Shown here piece after piece: positions 7,588-12,331 of a DNA stretch of 12,331 nt. How positions within the stretch are numbered: position 1 is the stretch's first letter; each line of letters opens with the position of its first letter. The DNA is from Bacteriovoracaceae bacterium. GTDB lineage: Bacteria; Bdellovibrionota; Bacteriovoracia; Bacteriovoracales; Bacteriovoracaceae. The stretch covers positions 1 through 12,331 of the forward strand of contig JBFGZE010000090.1 in NCBI GenBank assembly GCA_041586955.1. Direction: 5' to 3'. Both the position numbers and the translations under genes were made by a program. The notes below the pieces were generated by a model, which saw nothing but the letters and a program-made list of their open reading frames with translations, had not been told where the DNA came from and made no database searches.

Positions 7588-7646
7588 GGGTACGTGATAT
7601 ATTGAAAACTCCGCCTGCCTGCGTTGCCATTAAGTATCACGTGCCC
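7588..7646. repeat. REP-like palindrome, copy 1
   Basis: GGGTACGTGATA (7588-7599) / TATCACGTGCCC (7635-7646): 12-bp stem with one G-U pair; shares sequence with 12272-12304. Confidence 0.6.
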
Positions 7647-7662
7647 TATTATTTTTAGTCTT

Positions 7663-8043
7663 ATGAGCTTTAAAAGATCACTTTCCAAAAATATCATTGC
7701 GATTATTACTATTCTTCTAATCATCGTGTATATCACCACGATTTACTCCCCTTGCCCCCAAGGTGAATTAATTCACACTCAAGATCGCTTACAGAAATTT
7801 TGTCTCGCCAAAGATCGTGATGGAATAGAGAAAAAGCATGGACCTTGGGTATCTCTCTATCCAAGTGGTAGACTCAAAGAACGTGGTGAATATCTTTATG
7901 GTGAAAAAAACGGCCATTGGGTCTATTGGTACGACAATGGCCGAAAAAAGAGCGAAGGCGATATCAAGAATGGTCAAGCAAATGGCCAATGGAGCCATTG
8001 GGATATTGATGGCAATAAAAAGCTACGCCAAGAATTGAATTAA
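7663..8043 (+). CDS. Membrane-anchored MORN-variant repeat protein (YwqK-like)
   Basis: N-terminal TM helix, then KHGPWVSLYPSGRLKERGEY, KNGHWVYWYDNGRKKSEG, NGQWSHWDIDGNK repeats. ATG 7663 is preferred because TTG 7624 lies inside the REP-like element. Confidence 0.82.
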   Translation: MSFKRSLSKNIIAIITILLIIVYITTIYSPCPQGELIHTQDRLQKFCLAKDRDGIEKKHGPWVSLYPSGRLKERGEYLYGEKNGHWVYWYDNGRKKSEGDIKNGQANGQWSHWDIDGNKKLRQELN

Positions 8044-8262
8044 TGGATTCAGGGAAATAAAGGACAATATCATTTTTAATAATATTTTTCTTTAACTATT
8101 CGCAAAACTTGATCATGTCGCTGGAATGACAAGAACAACTATATGCTTTTATCTACTAATCCTTATATTAAGGAACTTCCAATTATTATTGAACAATAAG
8201 CGCGGTGCGAAGACTTGAATTTTGAATGACTATCCCTGCCAATTAGCTTAGGCTGTAAATAT

Positions 8263-9729
8263 ATGAACTTTGACAATACCTACCTCCATTTACCTGAAAG
8301 ATTTTATGCCAAGGCAATTCCGGCCAATTTCTCAAATCCACATCTTTTACAATTTAATGAGGAACTCGCTCTCCAATTAGGCCTTAACCTCAATGCCGAG
8401 TCCCCAGAGACACTGGCCAGTATTTTTTCAGGCCAAAAGCTATTGGAAGGCTCAGCACCTGTCGCGCTCGCCTACGCGGCCCATCAATTTGGCCATTTTG
8501 TTCCACAGCTTGGCGATGGACGAGCGATGCTTCTCGGTGAAGTAATTGATATTAATGGAAAAAGATTTGATATTCAGCTAAAAGGTTGTGGCCCCACCGC
8601 CTTCTCCAGAAATGGAGACGGGATGTCGGCCATAGGTCCCGTGATTCGCGAATATATTGTAAGTGAGGCCATGCATCACTTAGGTATTCCAACGACGAGG
8701 GCCCTTGCGGCGGTTGCAACTGGTGATAATGTTTTTAGACAAGGGCCATTACCTGGTGGTGTCTTTACAAGAGTGGCCTCTAGTCATATCCGCATTGGCA
8801 CTTTTCAATTTTTTGCTTCAAGAGGGGATATTGAGGGTTTAAAAGCTCTTCTCGATTACAGCATTGATCGCCATTATCCTCATATTAGGATGCAAAATGA
8901 CCAAGATCCCGCTATCCTTTTTCTAAGAGAAGTCATTAAGTCTCAAGTCTCACTAGTTTCAAAATGGATGGGCGTTGGCTTTATCCATGGAGTCATGAAT
9001 ACCGATAATATGTCGATCTCAGGAGAAACAATTGATTATGGCCCATGCGCCTTTATGGATCAATTTAACCCTAACCAAGTTTATAGCTATATTGATCGCA
9101 ATGGCCGCTATTGTTATATGAATCAAGGGCCAATAGTTCAGTGGAACCTCTCACGACTTGCCGAATGCCTTATTCCTCTAGTGGATGCTGATGAAAATTC
9201 TGCTGTAGAAAAGCTTAATGATGAATTGAGCACAATCAAAAATCTTTTTGCCGCTTCCTGGGCGCAGGAAATGGGGGCCAAGCTAGGACTCGATCCCAAT
9301 AAAAATCAAAAAGAAGATGATCAAAAATTGGTTGAAATTTGGCTTAATTATTTAGAAAAAGAGCAGCTCGACTTCACACTTAGTTTTCGCCAGCTCGCGA
9401 ATACTTTAGATGGCCAAAAGTCAGAGGAGTATTTTCCCGCCACGACCGAGTATAAATTATTTCAAACTTTATGGACACAACGCTTAAGTACTCATCATTT
9501 GGATTATAGTGATATTAAAGAAAAGATGAATCGAATAAATCCCCTCTATATTCCTCGCAATCATCAAGTTGAGCGGGCCATCGAAAAAGCGGTTGAGGGA
9601 GACCTCTCTGTCTTTAATGAGATGAACCTACTTCTTAAGGGCCCCTACCAATACCAAGCGGATTTAAATTTTTATCGGCTGCCACCTAAACCTGAAGAAA
9701 TTGTTCAAAACACATTCTGTGGCACTTAG
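8263..9729 (+). CDS. selO: Protein adenylyltransferase SelO (YdiU)
   Basis: HQFGHFVPQLGDGRA, IQLKGCG.T.FSR.GDG, IREY, GFIHGVMNTDNMSISGETIDYGP, NPLYIPRNH, C-terminal TFCGT. Confidence 0.96.
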   Translation: MNFDNTYLHLPERFYAKAIPANFSNPHLLQFNEELALQLGLNLNAESPETLASIFSGQKLLEGSAPVALAYAAHQFGHFVPQLGDGRAMLLGEVIDINGKRFDIQLKGCGPTAFSRNGDGMSAIGPVIREYIVSEAMHHLGIPTTRALAAVATGDNVFRQGPLPGGVFTRVASSHIRIGTFQFFASRGDIEGLKALLDYSIDRHYPHIRMQNDQDPAILFLREVIKSQVSLVSKWMGVGFIHGVMNTDNMSISGETIDYGPCAFMDQFNPNQVYSYIDRNGRYCYMNQGPIVQWNLSRLAECLIPLVDADENSAVEKLNDELSTIKNLFAASWAQEMGAKLGLDPNKNQKEDDQKLVEIWLNYLEKEQLDFTLSFRQLANTLDGQKSEEYFPATTEYKLFQTLWTQRLSTHHLDYSDIKEKMNRINPLYIPRNHQVERAIEKAVEGDLSVFNEMNLLLKGPYQYQADLNFYRLPPKPEEIVQNTFCGT

Positions 9730-9831
9730 GCCAGTAAGTATTATCTATCACCTTCTGTAAATGATAAACCGCTTCACTTTATTTCTTAGATAGTGTTTAA
9801 TCGCAATGAAAAACTACTTAAAGGGGCCCTT

Positions 9832-10284
9832 ATGAAATTATTATTGGCCATTCTGTTTTCCACTCTCCTAATTGCCGGTTGCTCTAGCAGCGAGAAAAAG
9901 GAGATTGCCGCGGAAAAATCGCTGGTTAAAGATGTGCATTCACAAGAAGACCTAATAGAAAAGACGCGAGCGATTTTAGATAAAAGCCCTCATCTCTCCC
10001 AAGAGCAAAAAGATCAGTTTATTGACTTACACAGCACTATTGTCAGTAAGGTACAGGAAAAAAATCAAGAGATAAGAGCACTCAAGATTCTTCTTTTTAA
10101 GGAGATGACGGATAAAAATTATAATCGAAAAAAAATCAACCTCATCACCAAAGAAATTAAGAGTGCCTATAATGATAAACTCGATATCATGCTCAAGTCG
10201 ATGAGTAAGGTTCAGAAAATTCTTGGAGTCAAGGGCAAAGAAATCTATCAGGAAAAATGGTTCCACGAGCATTATAGACTCTAA
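9832..10284 (+). CDS. 150-aa helical lipoprotein, possibly Spy/CpxP-like; paralog A
   Basis: Lipobox IAGC (Cys17), LSQEQ (LTxxQ-like), amphipathic helical pattern. ATG 9832 aligns with the paralog start (ORF track starts at 9793). CDS status is well supported by the paralog; the family call is weak. Confidence 0.8.
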   Translation: MKLLLAILFSTLLIAGCSSSEKKEIAAEKSLVKDVHSQEDLIEKTRAILDKSPHLSQEQKDQFIDLHSTIVSKVQEKNQEIRALKILLFKEMTDKNYNRKKINLITKEIKSAYNDKLDIMLKSMSKVQKILGVKGKEIYQEKWFHEHYRL

Positions 10285-10290
10285 ATGAAA

Positions 10291-10306
10291 GGTCCTAAGC
10301 GGGACC
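10291..10306 (-). terminator. Short hairpin between convergent genes (possible weak terminator)
   Basis: GGTCC/GGACC 5-bp stem followed by TTTCATTT on the minus strand, just past the DJ-1/PfpI stop. Confidence 0.35.
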
Positions 10307-10315
10307 CCTATGATA

Positions 10316-10996
10316 TTAATGATTAATAAGGTTAACCACTGCTTCACCAAGAGCGCTTGCTGACGCAGGGTTTTGTCCGGTCACCAACCTGCCATCAACG
10401 ACGACTTTATTTTGCCATAAATCAGCTTTCTCATATTGGGCGCCTCTTTCCCGCAATGACGTTTCAATGAGAAAAGGCATCTTCCCGGTCATCTGTACCG
10501 CATCCTCTTCCTCATTACTAAAACCTGTTACCTTTTTCCCCTCAACCAGGTATTGACCTCCTGGAAGCTTAACATTGATAAGTGCCGCTGGCCCATGACA
10601 AACGGCGGCGACGACTCCCCCTTTTTCATATATTAACGATGAGAGGCGACTAACTTCCTTTGAATTGGGAAAATCCCACATCGTTCCATGGCCTCCTGCA
10701 AACATAATCGCTGAATATTCATCGGGGTTAATATCTTCAAGGGGAATAGTGTGCTCTACGCGATGAACTAATTTTTTATCATCTAAAAAACGTTTATTAT
10801 AAGGATCAGAAAGGTCACGGCTGGCGATTTCCATCGGGGCCTTTCCCCCTTTGGGGCTAGCAAAGTCCACCTCTATCCCCGCTTCTATAAATTTAAAATA
10901 AGGATGAGTGACCTCGGGTAAATAATAACCTGTATGATTGCCAGTTTTTCCCAGCTTGTCATGGCTTGTGAGTACAATTAAGACTTTCTTTTTCAT
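10316..10996 (-). CDS. DJ-1/PfpI family type 1 glutamine-amidotransferase-like protein (Hsp31/glyoxalase III-like)
   Basis: VLIVLTSH, TGYYLPEVTHPY, ASPKGG, FAGGHGTMWD, AAVCHGPAAL (nucleophile Cys), VTGQNPAS. AAGGAG SD before ATG 10996 (ORF track starts at 11065). Confidence 0.93.
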   Translation of the reverse strand: MKKKVLIVLTSHDKLGKTGNHTGYYLPEVTHPYFKFIEAGIEVDFASPKGGKAPMEIASRDLSDPYNKRFLDDKKLVHRVEHTIPLEDINPDEYSAIMFAGGHGTMWDFPNSKEVSRLSSLIYEKGGVVAAVCHGPAALINVKLPGGQYLVEGKKVTGFSNEEEDAVQMTGKMPFLIETSLRERGAQYEKADLWQNKVVVDGRLVTGQNPASASALGEAVVNLINH

Positions 10997-11143
10997 AATA
11001 ATCTCCTTGTAAAGGCCGAAGAGATGATTTAGCTCACAAAGCTTAACATAATTAATGAAGTACATACCAATTGGAGTCTTAAATTATTTTTGTTAGGATA
11101 GTTTCCATCAAAGAAAGCTTAACTCCAAATCGGCCTGAGCGAA

Positions 11144-11692
11144 ATGAAAGATCAAAAAGTAACATCTATTGTGCATCACCATATTAAAGACAATCATATG
11201 GAGCAATTCTATCGCTGGTATAAAAAAGTCACCGACGAGTCACAAAAGTTTGAAGGCTTCATTGATGGCCAACTTCTCGACTCTTTTGGTACCGATCAAG
11301 AGGTCATTTCTCTGTTCCGCTTTCAAAATTCAGCATTCTTATCGAGATGGTTAGACTCCTCCATCCATAATGAATTACTCAATGAATTAGATCTCATCTC
11401 AGAAAAAGAGACCAAAATCAATTCCTATTCTGGTTTAGAGTTTTGGTTTGAAAGAGATCCCCAAAGTCGCCTCAAGATGTCAGTGCTTACCTATATCGGC
11501 CTATTGCCTTTAGTTTTGGTCATTCCCCCACTCTTCAATAGGCTGACGGGACTCACAGGGACAACCGCAACATCACTTAGTACAGCGATCTCTGTTCTTC
11601 TCATGTCTTATTTAGTTATGCCAATTATTAACCGCTTAAATAACTTTATCTGTTCAAAATGGTCATTATCGCGGGCCAAGAACCAAGGATAA
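11144..11692 (+). CDS. Antibiotic-biosynthesis-monooxygenase (ABM) superfamily protein with C-terminal TM helices
   Basis: VT..VHHHIK, FEGFI, FRF...LSRWLDS, SGLEFWF, two hydrophobic segments, LMSYLVMP. Confidence 0.8.
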   Translation: MKDQKVTSIVHHHIKDNHMEQFYRWYKKVTDESQKFEGFIDGQLLDSFGTDQEVISLFRFQNSAFLSRWLDSSIHNELLNELDLISEKETKINSYSGLEFWFERDPQSRLKMSVLTYIGLLPLVLVIPPLFNRLTGLTGTTATSLSTAISVLLMSYLVMPIINRLNNFICSKWSLSRAKNQG

Positions 11693-11810
11693 CTCGCTAA
11701 AACTCGATCAAAAGCTGTTTTTTATCATGTTTTTCCATCCAAAAGCTCATTCTCTCGCCTCCCCATCAGGTGTCTAATAAAAATAATACATTCACCAAAA
11801 GGAGGACCTA

Positions 11811-12263
11811 GTGAAGTTTATAACGAGTATTTTCTGTTTAGTATTGATGATTAGTGGTTGCGCGACCAAAACAAAAAAAGAGATTGCCGCTGAAAAGTCT
11901 ATGGTTAAATCAATTCATTCAAGACAAGATTTAGTCGAAAAAACTCGTATGATACTAGAAAAAAGCCCACACCTATCAAAGGAGCAAAGAGATCAGTTTC
12001 TTAACCTTCATACCGATATTATCAGCAAGGTCGATGAATCCACTCAGGAAATTAGAAAATTAAAAATTCTCCTTTTTAAAGAAATGACCAATCAAAACTT
12101 TAATAAGGTCAAAGTCGATATCATTACCAAACAAATCAAGAAAGCTTATAATGAAAGACTCGATGTTATGCTTAATGCCATGAAAGAGGCGCAGGGTATT
12201 CTAGGCGTTCAGGCCAAAGAAATTTTCAAAGAAAAATGGTTTCAAGAACATTATAGAATCTAA
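11811..12263 (+). CDS. 150-aa helical lipoprotein, possibly Spy/CpxP-like; paralog B
   Basis: GTG start with AAGGAGGA SD, lipobox ISGC (Cys17), LSKEQ; ungapped alignment to 9832..10284. Confidence 0.82.
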   Translation: MKFITSIFCLVLMISGCATKTKKEIAAEKSMVKSIHSRQDLVEKTRMILEKSPHLSKEQRDQFLNLHTDIISKVDESTQEIRKLKILLFKEMTNQNFNKVKVDIITKQIKKAYNERLDVMLNAMKEAQGILGVQAKEIFKEKWFQEHYRI

Positions 12264-12271
12264 TGATCTAA

Positions 12272-12304
12272 AAGGTACGTGCCCTTTCAAATATCACGTA
12301 CCTT
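12272..12304. repeat. REP-like palindrome, copy 2 (may also act as a terminator)
   Basis: Perfect 10-bp inverted repeat AAGGTACGTG / CACGTACCTT with a 13-nt loop, 8 nt after the stop, followed by ATTTAT. Confidence 0.65.
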
Positions 12305-12331
12305 ATTTATAGCTTCTCTTTGCCGGACTTA

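Noticed and set aside
5321..8038. Short ORFs 5321..5536 -, 5373..5609 +, 5619..5840 +, 7216..7398 -, 7789..7998 -, 7838..8038 +
   Set aside because: Nested within longer motif-bearing CDSs; best explained as shadow frames.
8043..8262. Short ORF fragments and a CGCTGGAATGAC motif resembling the end of palindromic repeats in other bacteria
   Set aside because: No partner arm, no SD-supported ORF and no recognisable protein motif.
8611..8640. SelO has GDGMSA where GDGRA is common
   Set aside because: The Asp-Gly and all other catalytic motifs are intact, and to my recollection this position varies among homologs; no basis for calling it inactive.
9712..9729. Possible selenocysteine recoding at the SelO C-terminus
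   Set aside because: Ends TTC TGT GGC ACT TAG (FCGT*): a Cys codon and a TAG stop, no in-frame TGA.
10027..11354. ORFs 10027..10350 - and 11169..11354 +
   Set aside because: Overlap lipoprotein A and the ABM gene. Paralog conservation supports the lipoprotein frame and family motifs support the ABM frame.
1..12331. CRISPR array, tRNA/rRNA, transposase/integrase or known anti-phage defence genes
   Set aside because: No regularly spaced repeats, tRNA/rRNA signatures or corresponding protein motifs were seen on either strand.

Overview
AT-rich bacterial window of mostly envelope and redox/stress genes. The gene families suggest a Bdellovibrionota (Bacteriovorax/Halobacteriovorax-like) genome; this is inference, not checked. 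Left to right: a GC-rich 5' stub (CDS tail or structured element) and a perfect bidirectional terminator; a minus-strand lemA-TPM-TPM operon; a divergent dsbB-dsbA (BdbC/BdbD-like) pair; a decayed receiver-domain relic; rlmF; a VF530/DUF2132 gene; a GC-rich intergenic island; a plus-strand cluster of a secreted GP42/elicitor-type transglutaminase (catalytic Cys-His, Pep-13-like VWNQPV), a tightly linked secreted tandem-domain protein and a membrane-anchored MORN/YwqK-like protein; selO; and two 150-aa paralogous lipoproteins (92/150 identical by manual count) bracketing a divergent DJ-1/PfpI + ABM pair. Two copies of a REP-like GGTACGTG...CACGTRCC palindrome are present. The best candidate for an undescribed system is the transglutaminase + partner (+ MORN) module. 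No rRNA, tRNA, CRISPR array or transposase was seen.
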